A DNA stretch of 64,000 nucleotides from the NCBI GenBank assembly GCA_965226195.1, contig OZ245333.1, positions 1,313,759 through 1,377,758 of the forward strand. The letters are read 5' to 3'. The stretch is from Oligoflexales bacterium. Lineage in GTDB: Bacteria; Bdellovibrionota_B; Oligoflexia; Oligoflexales; JAPPIL01. Under the pieces are notes generated by a model. The model worked only from the letters and a program-made list of their open reading frames with translations, did no database searches and was not told the origin of the DNA. This document shows, one piece after another, positions 10,752-19,885 of the stretch (the first letter of the stretch is position 1; each line of letters opens with the position of its first letter). Position numbers and translations under genes: made by a program.

Positions 10752-11057
10752 TTAGTCGGCATCGATGCAAATTTCCACGTCGCCCATGATACGGCTCTGG
10801 CAGGCGAGGCGTTCGTCGGGATCGGCACGCATAGCCCGCAAAAAATCCTCCTCTTTAGCATTGCGTGGGGAAATATTTTCCCCACCTTGCAGGACACGGA
10901 AGATACAGGTACCGCAATCGGCGTTGCGGCAGCCGAATTCGATGGGGGTGTCGTCGTGCTGTGCGCACAGTGCTTGAAAGCCCAGCCCGCACCGCACCTG
11001 CCATGAACGTGGTGGTGCGGGTGGTTTGGTGATGGTGACGGTGCAGGCTTGTTTCAA
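10752..11057 (-). CDS. 2Fe-2S ferredoxin-like protein
   Basis: Cys pattern C-x4-C-x2-C ... C (FGCRNADCGTCIFRV ... LACQSRI), typical of the plant-type 2Fe-2S fold. Confidence 0.7.
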   Translation of the reverse strand: MKQACTVTITKPPAPPRSWQVRCGLGFQALCAQHDDTPIEFGCRNADCGTCIFRVLQGGENISPRNAKEEDFLRAMRADPDERLACQSRIMGDVEICIDAD

Positions 11058-11413
11058 GGTGTGTCCTTTTCTTTCGGCATCAGTTGTTCCCGCCAGAATG
11101 ATTTTTTGTAGAACTTGCCGCGGTATCTTTTGTGTGTGGGGTTATCGACCATAAAGCCACGCCCGCGCTGGTCATCGACCCAATCGATGGTCGAGCCAGT
11201 GACAAAACGTAGACTGTCGGTATCGACGATGACATCGACTTTGCCTTGTGGGAAGTGGTGATCGCTCGGTGTGGGATGATCGAAAGCCACACCATAATAG
11301 AAGCCATCACAACCCTTACCTTCGAGATAGAGGCGCAGGCTAGGCTTGCCCGCATCCTGTTGCAGCTCCTCTGCTTTAGTAACAGCTCGTTCTGATAAGG
11401 TGATACTCATCAT
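11054..11413 (-). CDS. HesB/IscA-like protein lacking the C-terminal Cys pair
   Basis: LRLYLEGKGCDGFYYGVAFD matches the IscA/HesB core. The C-terminus GFMVDNPTHKRYRGKFYKK has no CGC motif. Confidence 0.65.
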   Translation of the reverse strand: MMSITLSERAVTKAEELQQDAGKPSLRLYLEGKGCDGFYYGVAFDHPTPSDHHFPQGKVDVIVDTDSLRFVTGSTIDWVDDQRGRGFMVDNPTHKRYRGKFYKKSFWREQLMPKEKDTP

Positions 11414-11604
11414 AACCTCCTTGCAGAGGTGATTTGAGCAGAAAGCGAGCTAAAATTCAATGCCGAATTTTGGTGGTAAGGGAGGATGATGGAAGAAAAA
11501 AATGTGGTTCTGTGTCATAATTATTTGATTTTATTTTTCTTTGCAGATAAACTCGTTAGCAGTGGTAGGTTTTTGATTACAATCACTTGTGTAGGAGAGT
11601 AGTT

Positions 11605-12762
11605 ATGCGTTTTCTGATCACAGCCCTCGTCTTCGGCTTGGCTTCCATTGCTCAAGCTGGCGATCAAGACAAGCACGGAGATGGCAAGACGACGGTCAAA
11701 CTTTCATATGACTGGAGTGTGTCTGTCACCGATGAGAATCTCGGACGAGATACGGAGGATGATGGAGATTTTAAAGTCAGGGCAATTGAGAACAGTGCTG
11801 ATGCCGAGATTGATTTCAGCAAAGAATGGGGTGGTGTCAAAGTCGATGTTAGCTACAACTTGGTAAACGGTCTGGAGAGCGCGGTTGCAACTGCGGAATT
11901 GCCCCATAGTTACCTGAGTGTTGCCTTTGGTAAGGGCGTGTTGGATGTTGGTGGTTGGCAGGAGTATTCATCTCCGTACCTCTCTTACCACAACCCGTTT
12001 CCAGAGTATGGGCCGATGGTGAAGGTCTTTGCCCCGATCGAAGGTTTCGGTGAGTTGTCCTTGATGATTACTAACGATGTGATGGAAGGCGACGACAAGC
12101 GTTGGCACAACGACGACAAGTCGATCATTGGTCTCGCCCAGTACAAAGGCAGCTTTGGTGCCGTTTCTCCCTTGTTGCAGTTCGCGATGTATGACTTCAA
12201 GTCCGGCGGCGATGACGACAGCAAAGACGGCTGGCAGTCATGGGTAATGGCATTAGGGGCGAAGATCGCTTTGCACAACTTGACAGTGCATCTTGATTAC
12301 GTTCACGACAGCCGCAAGAACAAAGATGGTGAGAAGGATATTGAGAATAGCACCACCGTTTATCGTAACTACACTGCGGGTTTATACTACGAGCAAGGCA
12401 TGGTTTCGCCGTGGGCGAGCATTTCGATGCTAATGTCTAAAAACGACGATAAGCGTTATGAAAACATCGAAGGTAACTACATGCCACCTGCTGAAGGTGC
12501 TGGCAAAGATTACGATGAGGCGTTGAAGAAGATGTTCGGTGTAGAGAGCTACGGTGACCTCAAAGACTACCAAAAATACAGCTCCAACATGATGGTCTTG
12601 GAGGTTGGCACATACATCAAATGTATAGAGGATAAGGTGCTTCCTTATATCTCTTACAAGATGAAAATGCACAAGATTGATACAGACTGGACTAAAGGAG
12701 ACAGCGACACAGCTGATCAGACCAGTCACAGTATTACCTTTGGTATTGAAGGCGTTATCTGA
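11605..12762 (+). CDS. putative outer-membrane beta-barrel (porin-like) protein
   Basis: The ATG at 11605 follows an AGGAGA RBS. Signal peptide MRFLITALVFGLASIAQA. Alternating amphipathic, aromatic and Gly-rich segments. A strong terminator lies downstream. Confidence 0.4.
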   Translation: MRFLITALVFGLASIAQAGDQDKHGDGKTTVKLSYDWSVSVTDENLGRDTEDDGDFKVRAIENSADAEIDFSKEWGGVKVDVSYNLVNGLESAVATAELPHSYLSVAFGKGVLDVGGWQEYSSPYLSYHNPFPEYGPMVKVFAPIEGFGELSLMITNDVMEGDDKRWHNDDKSIIGLAQYKGSFGAVSPLLQFAMYDFKSGGDDDSKDGWQSWVMALGAKIALHNLTVHLDYVHDSRKNKDGEKDIENSTTVYRNYTAGLYYEQGMVSPWASISMLMSKNDDKRYENIEGNYMPPAEGAGKDYDEALKKMFGVESYGDLKDYQKYSSNMMVLEVGTYIKCIEDKVLPYISYKMKMHKIDTDWTKGDSDTADQTSHSITFGIEGVI

Positions 12763-12788
12763 TTTCTGCCGCAACGCAGGATTTTGTC

Positions 12789-12820
12789 AAAGCTGGGGGC
12801 GTGTGTCCCCCAGCTTTTTC
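12789..12820 (+). terminator. rho-independent terminator
   Basis: AAAGCTGGGGG-cgtgtgt-CCCCCAGCTTT followed by a T-run, directly after the stop at 12762. Confidence 0.8.
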
Positions 12821-12892
12821 TATGTTATCTTGACGGTAGCATCTCGTAGGTGGTAGTTAGTCTCGTTTGTATTGAGCAAGGAGATTCTGACG

Positions 12893-13213
12893 GTGAGTTT
12901 GCAGGTTTTTACGGACGACAATTTTGATGCTGAGGTGCTCAAGTCGTCGCAACCAGTGTTGGTTGATTTCTGGGCTCCTTGGTGTGGCCCTTGTGTTTCA
13001 ATTACGCCTGCGATAGAGGCGATTGCAACAGAGTGGCACGGGCGGGTGACGGTTGGCAAGGTGAACGTAGACGAGAACGCCAATACACCGGCGGCCTATG
13101 GGGTGCGTTCGATTCCTTACTTTGTGCTAATCAAAGATGGTGAAGTTATCGACACTGTTGTCGGAGCTTCAAAAGAAAAATTAACGGCAATGCTCGAAAA
13201 AAACATCAGCTGA
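12893..13213 (+). CDS. trxA: thioredoxin
   Basis: WAPWCGPC active site. The GTG at 12893 lies 9 nt after AAGGAG. The track start at 12872 (TTG) is the alternative. Confidence 0.92.
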   Translation: MSLQVFTDDNFDAEVLKSSQPVLVDFWAPWCGPCVSITPAIEAIATEWHGRVTVGKVNVDENANTPAAYGVRSIPYFVLIKDGEVIDTVVGASKEKLTAMLEKNIS

Positions 13214-13815
13214 GTGCTATCGCGGGTATCGACGAGGTAGGGCGGGGCTGTTTGGCTGGCCCTGTGTTCGCAGCTTGTGTGGTGCTCGATCAGTCGCGAC
13301 TGGCACGTTTGCCGGATGCTGAACGCAGTCTGATACGTGACTCGAAGAAACTGACTGCGCGGCAGCGGACGAAGGTGTTACCCGCGATTTTGCAGGTTGC
13401 GTGCAGCTATGCGTTCGGTGCGGCGGTCGTTGCCGAAATCGAGCGACTTGGCATTCAGACGGCCACGTTTCTTGCCATGCGTCGTGCTCTGTGCTTGCTA
13501 CCACCACCTGATTTGTTGCGTGTCGATGGGCGGTTTGTTGTGCCTGAGGTCGAGATCGCACAGCAGGCAGTGGTAGGTGGTGATAGCTTGCATGCGGAGA
13601 TTGCCGCGGCTTCGATCGTGGCGAAGGTGGCACGCGATCGCTGGATGACGGCACAGGCGGTGCGTTATCCGCAGTATCATTTTGAACGGCATGTCGGGTA
13701 TGGAACGCGTCTCCATCTGCAAAAAATCAGCGAGCACGGTATCTGCCCTCTGCACCGCCGCAACTTCGCCCCCATCAAAGACTTTGTCACCCAAGCAACG
13801 TGCTCAAGCAGGTGA
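13210..13815 (+). CDS. rnhB: ribonuclease HII (start codon uncertain)
   Basis: The catalytic N-terminal motif AGIDEVGRGCLAGPV is encoded at 13222-13266. That puts most of it upstream of the first canonical start (TTG 13252). Only the CTG at 13210 or other non-canonical codons are available in frame. Confidence 0.85.
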   Translation: MSAIAGIDEVGRGCLAGPVFAACVVLDQSRLARLPDAERSLIRDSKKLTARQRTKVLPAILQVACSYAFGAAVVAEIERLGIQTATFLAMRRALCLLPPPDLLRVDGRFVVPEVEIAQQAVVGGDSLHAEIAAASIVAKVARDRWMTAQAVRYPQYHFERHVGYGTRLHLQKISEHGICPLHRRNFAPIKDFVTQATCSSR

Positions 13816-14131
13816 AGACGCGGCGGCTGCATGGTGGGAGGCACGTGGATGGTGTATACTGGCACGCAATTACCGTGGCAGAGGGTTTGAAATCGATCTC
13901 ATTGCCGCCAAAGAACGTAATCTTGCCTTTATTGAGGTCAAGGCACGACGGCGTGAGTTGACCCGCACACTGGCAGAATTCATCACACCCCGCAAGCGTA
14001 TGGCACTACAGCGGGGCGCGCAGCACTTCATCACTGAGCACCAACCCGATGCCGATCATTACCGTTTTGACCTCTGTCTTTACAGTGCATGGGGTAAGAT
14101 TACCGTGCTGCCTGATGTGCTGGCTGAATGA
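13784..14131 (+). CDS. yraN: YraN-family (UPF0102) endonuclease-like protein
   Basis: GEDAAAAWWEARGWCILARNYRGRGFEIDLIA...LAFIEVKAR matches the YraN pattern. The in-frame TTG at 13784 gives the typical length of about 115 aa. It overlaps the rnhB end. Confidence 0.75.
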   Translation: MSPKQRAQAGEDAAAAWWEARGWCILARNYRGRGFEIDLIAAKERNLAFIEVKARRRELTRTLAEFITPRKRMALQRGAQHFITEHQPDADHYRFDLCLYSAWGKITVLPDVLAE

Positions 14132-14200
14132 TGAAGGTGGTGACATCGAGATAGTGGTGCTACAATTGTGGTAAAGCCTGTGTGAAAAGCGGTGAGTTAG

Positions 14201-14668
14201 ATGAGTGACGAGTTACTTGAGCAGTATAAGTTGTGCGTGCAGATGGCTGATGGGGTCTTGCAGCGCAAACAGTATGCCAATATCTTCTTCTTTGCGGTCA
14301 ACTCGACTACTATTCCCTTGCTGATTGCCTTTGGGGTTTATGCAAGACATGCGGGAGTTGCGCTCAATCTCTTGTCTTACGCAGTACTGGGGGCAGCAGC
14401 GGTTGGGATTATCAACTGCTTGACGTGGTGTTACCTTCTGCAATACTACCATAGGTTGAGTAGTGCAAAATACGAAGTTGTACAGAAGATGGAAGTAAAA
14501 CTCGGCTACAAGCCATACTGCGACGAGCAGGAAATCTTGGTGCGAAGCAAAGACAAGACATATTACCGTCCGCTCGCGGTGGTGGAGTCGCTTGCTCCTC
14601 TAGTTTTTTCTCCCTTTTACATTGGTGGCTTCGTGTTGGCACTCATCTGGATGGTCAGCAGTTTTTAG
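14201..14668 (+). CDS. small integral membrane protein, function unknown
   Basis: 155 aa with an N-terminal helix followed by about 3 hydrophobic segments. No domain recognised. Confidence 0.5.
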   Translation: MSDELLEQYKLCVQMADGVLQRKQYANIFFFAVNSTTIPLLIAFGVYARHAGVALNLLSYAVLGAAAVGIINCLTWCYLLQYYHRLSSAKYEVVQKMEVKLGYKPYCDEQEILVRSKDKTYYRPLAVVESLAPLVFSPFYIGGFVLALIWMVSSF

Positions 14669-14693
14669 ATCGCTTTTTTGTTCAGAGACATGC

Positions 14694-15788
14694 ATGTCTA
14701 ACACTTTTGGCAGACTGTTTCGCATCACTACCTTCGGTGAGTCACACGGCAGCGCGGTAGGGGTGGTTATCGATGGTTGCCCGCCACGGGTAGAAGTAGC
14801 GCGTGAAGTGGTGCAGCGTTATCTCAACCAACGCCGACCGGGGCAGAGTGCCCTAACCTCACCACGGCAAGAAAAAGACCGTGTCGAGATACTGTCAGGC
14901 ATTGAGGATAATCTTACCCTCGGCACTCCGATCGCATTGCTGGTGCGGAACACTGATGTCCGCCGTGAGGATTACCGCGCCTCAGTTCTGCGTCCTTCGC
15001 ATGCGGATTTCACCTACCTCGCTAAGTATGGCATCAAGGCACGGAGTGGCGGTGGACGTGCCAGTGCGAGAGAAACGGTTGGACGGGTTGCTGCGGGTGC
15101 AGTTGCGATGCAGGTGCTGCAAAAATTTACCCCTGAGTTGGAAATCCTTACGTGGGTCGATAGTGTCAAAGACATTTGCTGCGATTTTTCCCCGCAGCAG
15201 ATGCAGCAACTGACGGCAGTGCAGATTGAAGGCAACCCACTCAGATGTCCCGATCCTGAGCGAGCCGACGCGATGCGGGTGGCAATCGAGCAGGCTCGTG
15301 ATGCAGGTGACAGTGTAGGTGGCTGTATTACCACGATGATTAAAAACTGCCCTGTCGGTCTTGGTGAGCCAGTGTTCGCCAAACTCGATGCCCAACTTGC
15401 CCAAGCCATGCTCAGCCTACCAGCGGTGAAAGGTTTCGAGCTAGGCTCAGGTTTTCACGGCACACTTCTGCACGGCTCAGAGCACAACGATGCCTTCGTC
15501 AACCAAGATGGGCAAGTACGCACCACCAGCAACCACTCTGGCGGTGTGCAAGGTGGTATTAGCAACGGCGCAGACATTTATTTCCGCACTGCTTTCAAAC
15601 CCGTCTCGACCATCTTTAAGCCCCAGCAAACACTGGATACTGACCAGCAACCCATCACCTACCAGCCCCAACAAGGACGACACGATCCTTGTGTGCTACC
15701 TCGTGCCGTGCCCATCGTCACCGCCATGACCGCACTGGTGCTTGCTGACAACCTACTGCTCAGCCGCAGCTACTGTGGTAAAAATTAA
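14694..15788 (+). CDS. aroC: chorismate synthase
   Basis: MSNTFGRLFRITTFGESHGSAVGVVIDGCPP, RPSHADFTY and GRSSARETVGRV-like motifs. The ATG at 14694 is preferred to the track start. Confidence 0.95.
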   Translation: MSNTFGRLFRITTFGESHGSAVGVVIDGCPPRVEVAREVVQRYLNQRRPGQSALTSPRQEKDRVEILSGIEDNLTLGTPIALLVRNTDVRREDYRASVLRPSHADFTYLAKYGIKARSGGGRASARETVGRVAAGAVAMQVLQKFTPELEILTWVDSVKDICCDFSPQQMQQLTAVQIEGNPLRCPDPERADAMRVAIEQARDAGDSVGGCITTMIKNCPVGLGEPVFAKLDAQLAQAMLSLPAVKGFELGSGFHGTLLHGSEHNDAFVNQDGQVRTTSNHSGGVQGGISNGADIYFRTAFKPVSTIFKPQQTLDTDQQPITYQPQQGRHDPCVLPRAVPIVTAMTALVLADNLLLSRSYCGKN

Positions 15789-15932
15789 AAAAAGCGAAAT
15801 AAAGACAGCAATTCATGAAAAATAATATAAATTAAATAAGTGCCTCATAATAAATAATTTATAAATAACTCAAGAAAAAATAAAAACAATCGAAATTGTT
15901 TATGAGTTGTTTTTCAAAAAAATTGGAGAGGC

Positions 15933-17081
15933 ATGATGAAATTATTTTTGTTGCTACTGTCGGTAAATGCTGTTGCCTGTGGGGAACGTCAAGCAAACGA
16001 TCAGGCACTGGGCAAATTTGCTACCAGCGAAGAACAAAAGGCAGCAAGTAGAGGTGATTATTTTTATGCCCGCTACCGTTTTACCTACGGAGAGTATGAA
16101 GATGTAGAAGTGGCAGTGCGGGTAGCACTGCGTAACGGGCATCCTGCGGTATTGCGGGTGAAAGACTTGTCCTCCGAAGCGAAAGACAACGCAGTTGAGC
16201 AAGCGGTGTTGAGCAGTCGTGGTTGTAGCCTCTCTTTCAAGGGCACATCGAGTGGTGCAGAGGGAGGTTCATATACAGGCGAACTGGGGCAGAGTGGTGG
16301 CACGGTCAACGACTGCTGTGGTGAGATGACTTTTGTTCCTGCGGTCGATACCACGCTGACTTTTGCAGGCACAAAACTTACCACGCTGAGTGCAGTTGAC
16401 TGGGAGCAACTGACTGGCGAAGAGGAAACCACCAGCACGGAAGAATCTGATGACAACGACGACAACACCGAGACAGGTGGCAACACCGAGACGGACGACG
16501 ACAGCGAGCAAAAATTTTATGCCCTTGACAGCAGCACTATTCTGTTGAGCAAAAACTCGTTTCTTCCCCCTAGAGCGGGGCAAACGCGGAGATACCTGAT
16601 GCAGGCAGTCATCGGCACTAACGATGATGGCAAGCATAGACCACCAGTGGTGCATATCAAGCGGGTCAACAATAATGGCACGATTGCTGCCGAGTGTCTT
16701 TCCCTCCTGTTCAACGAGAAAGACAATACTACTGGTAACAGCAGCGACGGGCGTTTCAAATTCAATTTCGCCCTTGGCACATCGACGGTGGACAACGTCT
16801 GGGGGTTCAGTGACATGTATAGCGATGACCCTTACAGCGATGACATCTTTTTTACTATCGGGGTGCAGTTCCCCGATACCCCCGGCAGCACGGTCAGCTA
16901 CAGTGCGCTGCGTGCAGGAGCTGGGACTAATGATGCCGTGCCCCTTGTGCCCAAAAAGCTACTGGCAACGCAGAACAAAGAATGGGGTATTGCCGATGAC
17001 ATAGTTGCTGCTTTCGGCGAGGGCAGCGGTTGCGACCCACAGGGACACAATCGCATCTGTGCGGGCTGCATTATGCAGTGA
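15933..17081 (+). CDS. hypothetical lipoprotein with an acidic low-complexity tract
   Basis: Signal plus lipobox-like MMKLFLLLLSVNAVAC. Acidic tract TSTEESDDNDDNTETGGNTETDDDSE. AT-rich upstream region. Confidence 0.55.
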   Translation: MMKLFLLLLSVNAVACGERQANDQALGKFATSEEQKAASRGDYFYARYRFTYGEYEDVEVAVRVALRNGHPAVLRVKDLSSEAKDNAVEQAVLSSRGCSLSFKGTSSGAEGGSYTGELGQSGGTVNDCCGEMTFVPAVDTTLTFAGTKLTTLSAVDWEQLTGEEETTSTEESDDNDDNTETGGNTETDDDSEQKFYALDSSTILLSKNSFLPPRAGQTRRYLMQAVIGTNDDGKHRPPVVHIKRVNNNGTIAAECLSLLFNEKDNTTGNSSDGRFKFNFALGTSTVDNVWGFSDMYSDDPYSDDIFFTIGVQFPDTPGSTVSYSALRAGAGTNDAVPLVPKKLLATQNKEWGIADDIVAAFGEGSGCDPQGHNRICAGCIMQ

Positions 17082-17086
17082 TATGT

Positions 17087-18007
17087 TCAGGGCGACACCG
17101 AAGCCCAGACACGCACGCGCGGTGCTACGGCTTGGCATTCTGCTGTCACTGCACCGCGTAATGCCGTCATCTCCTGTGCAACGACATCTGCGACGTGTTG
17201 TTCTAGCTCGCTGGTTTTTTCGCTCACCAGCTCCCGCAAACCCTGTAACTCGATTTCATGTTGCTTGGCAACGGCCTGCAACTGTTGCACGATGCTCTCA
17301 CCGCCCTGCTGCAAGGCTAGCAGCTGCGCGGTGTGTGCTGCATCACTGGCAGCATTCTCCTCTCGCTGCGTCTCGGTGTTGCTTTGCAAAGTCTCCAGAG
17401 TGCGCTGCTGCTGTTCGTGTTGTGTGCGTAAAATATCCCGCAACTGCTGCACGGCATTGTCGTGCAATGTTGCAACCTGCCGCTCAAAATCAGCTAGCAA
17501 CATGCGCCAACCGCGGGATAAGTTTTCAAAGCCGCGCAAAATTTTCTTTGTTTGTAAAAAGTTATCTTCAGTTACTGATAAATTCGTTTTGCTCTGAGTT
17601 GCGAGCAGCAGTTCGCTGAGTTTTTTCTGCAAGGTTTGGCTGGTGTTGGCGACCACTGCGTTCAGCTGTGCGGTCGTTTCTTGTAGTATTGTTTTGTGGC
17701 GTGTCTCGATGTCGTCAGCGACGGAACTGACTGCTGCGGCCGAGCGCTGGCGCGTGAGTGCCGCGCGGGTACTTTCTTGGTAGGAATACAAGTCCGCGGG
17801 GCGGTAGAATGGTTTCAGGTAGCGATCAACGCGTCGCCGCCCGACACGCAATTCATGCCCTGATATCTGTGTTAGTCGCGAGCGTTTGATGTCTAGTGCT
17901 GCCATCACGTCTTCGGCGGAGAGGGTAAATTCCTCCTCTTCGCCACGCAACCAGACGACCATCGGCAGTGCGCCGCCGTTTTGCACCTGTTCTGAACTGC
18001 TTTCCAT
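17087..18007 (-). CDS. hypothetical coiled-coil protein with a possible N-terminal HTH
   Basis: The ATG at 18007 avoids overlap with the upstream gene. The long Gln/Leu/Ala-rich C-terminal half shows heptad-like periodicity. The opposite-strand ORF 17005-17619 is Arg/Ala-rich and looks like an antisense artefact. Confidence 0.5.
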   Translation of the reverse strand: MESSSEQVQNGGALPMVVWLRGEEEEFTLSAEDVMAALDIKRSRLTQISGHELRVGRRRVDRYLKPFYRPADLYSYQESTRAALTRQRSAAAVSSVADDIETRHKTILQETTAQLNAVVANTSQTLQKKLSELLLATQSKTNLSVTEDNFLQTKKILRGFENLSRGWRMLLADFERQVATLHDNAVQQLRDILRTQHEQQQRTLETLQSNTETQREENAASDAAHTAQLLALQQGGESIVQQLQAVAKQHEIELQGLRELVSEKTSELEQHVADVVAQEMTALRGAVTAECQAVAPRVRVWASVSP

Positions 18008-18039
18008 AGCTGTTAAGATAACAGAACAGGCCGCATGGT

Positions 18040-19116
18040 TCAATCCTGCCGACCGAACACCGTGCGTATTTGCCACAGGCAGTAGAGCAGCAGCATAGCA
18101 TTCGCCAGCCATGCCGCGGCGAACGGCTCAACTGCACCGACACGTCCCAGTGTAGTGCAAATACCGAGCAGCAGCCAGTAGGCGAAGCCGACGGCAAACG
18201 TTGCGAGCACTCCTTGTATGGCACGACGTTGATAGAGAAAGCCGAAACGTAATCCCAGCAGCACCACGAACAGCGCGGCACACGGGTATGATATTTTCAA
18301 ATGCAAGTCCACCTGCTGTCTGAGTGTGTTTTCGCCGCGCTCATGTCGTGAGACAATCAACTGCTTGAGTTCAGATCGTTTCAGCTCCAGTGCTTGACGC
18401 TGCTCCCGCTGTAGCCATGCGAGTTTGAACGGCAACTCGGCTGCGACACTCTCTTTTTCCTCCGCCCGCACCAACAAGCCGCGGCGGTCGTAGTGTTGCA
18501 TCTGTGCCTCGTTCAACAACCAGTCTTTGCCGCGATAATCGGCCTGTGCCGCGGTGGTGATGGTTTGCACACCGAAATCGTCACGCAGGTGTATCTGCTT
18601 CAACCCCAGTAGACGTTGGCGATAAGGATCGTAAGTTCGATAACGAAAAATTATGTTGCCATTCTTCAGCCAGACATGCTTGTCGTGGCGATACTGTGTA
18701 TCTCCTGCCATCTGTGCCTCTAAACGCCGCATTTTTGCGGCACTGGCTGGCACGAGCCATTCACCCGCGAAGCAGCCGAGGGCACTGCACAACACGCCTC
18801 CTGCCAGCAGCGGTGCGAACAGGCGCAGCGGCCCCGCTCCTGCAGCACGCATGGCAGTGATCTCGTGGTTGCGTCCCAGCACCATCATCGTCAACACCGA
18901 TGCTAGCAACGCCGTCACGGGCAATGCTTGCACGATGAAAAACGGTAGCTGATAAAAATAAAACAGAGCGATGTCCAGCGCCGGGGGCTCGACTTTACTG
19001 AAAAAAACCCGTGCCCGATGGCTGAAATCGAAAAAAATAAACAAAAACAAGCAGAGGGCAACAACTGCCAGCGCATAGCCGCAGTAACGCTTGAAAATGT
19101 AGAAAAATAACCGCAT
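18040..19116 (-). CDS. LptF/LptG-family (YjgP/YjgQ) LPS export permease
   Basis: 358 aa. N-terminus MRLFFYIFKRYCGYALAVVALCLFLFIF. Family-typical 3+3 TM layout with a periplasmic middle domain. Confidence 0.8.
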   Translation of the reverse strand: MRLFFYIFKRYCGYALAVVALCLFLFIFFDFSHRARVFFSKVEPPALDIALFYFYQLPFFIVQALPVTALLASVLTMMVLGRNHEITAMRAAGAGPLRLFAPLLAGGVLCSALGCFAGEWLVPASAAKMRRLEAQMAGDTQYRHDKHVWLKNGNIIFRYRTYDPYRQRLLGLKQIHLRDDFGVQTITTAAQADYRGKDWLLNEAQMQHYDRRGLLVRAEEKESVAAELPFKLAWLQREQRQALELKRSELKQLIVSRHERGENTLRQQVDLHLKISYPCAALFVVLLGLRFGFLYQRRAIQGVLATFAVGFAYWLLLGICTTLGRVGAVEPFAAAWLANAMLLLYCLWQIRTVFGRQD

Positions 19117-19238
19117 CTTTACCTACACGGCTAGCATAGCTGTTTTTTTTGTTTTTTTCATCTGCTTGCGCACTTTGTTTTTTTCATCTGCTGTTGCAGA
19201 TGACAGGGATGAATGCTCTCTGCTTTTTTGTTAGCATG

Positions 19239-19452
19239 TCGAAAGAGATTCAGTGATCTGATGCTGCTGTGAGTGCCAGACAAAGCACGGTACTTATGTT
19301 TTTCCTCTCGTGCGTGCTACGCAAGACTTTTTGCCGCTTGCTAGCTCCTATGCTTGCTCTCCTCGGCGGGGGCCTATCGGAGTAGCAACAGCCCTCACCA
19401 GCATAGATAGGCAGAGGTTGTTGGCAGCAATCAGATCACTGAATCTCTTTCG
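19239..19452. mobile_element. 214-bp MITE-like element bounded by about 28-nt inverted repeats
   Basis: Arm 19239-19266 (TCGAAAGAGATTCAGTGATCTGATGCTG) is the reverse complement of arm 19425-19452 with one mismatch. The interior carries a core-motif copy (19327-19348). Confidence 0.65.
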
Positions 19453-19699
19453 CCAGCCTCTAAAGCCGCGAGCCTTGATTCGGGGTTTGGTTTTGTGGAG
19501 AGAACAAGCACTGTGCCTGAACACATGAAGCGAGCTGGAGCTAGGCAGCGGCAGGGAGTCTCGCTCGCGAAGCGAGCGTTACAAATAAGGCGGCGTAGCG
19601 AGCGTTGATACGGTTTGGTTTTGTGGGATAGTGCTTGCTACACCTAAGTCTGTGATGTCCGCAAATATTAACAAGGGGGCAGTAGGTATCATCACTGTG

Positions 19700-19885
19700 A
19701 ACCCATTTCACGCGAATGCGCCAGCTGGAGCTAGGAAGCGACAAAGAGCTTGCACACATGTGTGCATGGTGCAGCAGGATGCTTCCTCCCAATCCCAAAC
19801 AAAATTAGCGAACAGAAGGGGTGTGGAGCTAGAAAGCGGCAAAGAGCCGTGCAAAGCGGGGAGGGGAACGCTCCCCGCATACAGA
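19700..19885. repeat. partial copy of the interior modules of the 41140/57653 MITE (no terminal repeats)
   Basis: CCATTTCACGC..CAGCTGGAGCTAGGAAGCGACAAAGAGC..GCACACATGTGTGCATG...GTGTGGAGCTAGAAAGCGGCAAAGAGCCGTGCAAAGCGGGGAGGGGAACGCTCCCCGCATA aligns with 41297-41570 and 57810-58005. Confidence 0.8.

Noticed and set aside
14201-14668. A small multi-TM protein whose layout (N-terminal helix plus TM hairpin) recalled pore-forming effector domains of defence systems
   Set aside because: I cannot support the assignment from sequence memory, and the neighbours (yraN, aroC) are housekeeping genes. It is kept as a hypothetical membrane protein.
17005-17619. 204-aa plus-strand ORF
   Set aside because: It is Arg/Ala-rich, as is typical of antisense frames, and it overlaps both the stop of the 15933 gene and the coiled-coil gene on the other strand.
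18025-18065. GGTTCAATCC T-loop-like string
   Set aside because: The flanking bases do not pair, there is no cloverleaf, and the string overlaps the 3' end of the lptF/G coding region.
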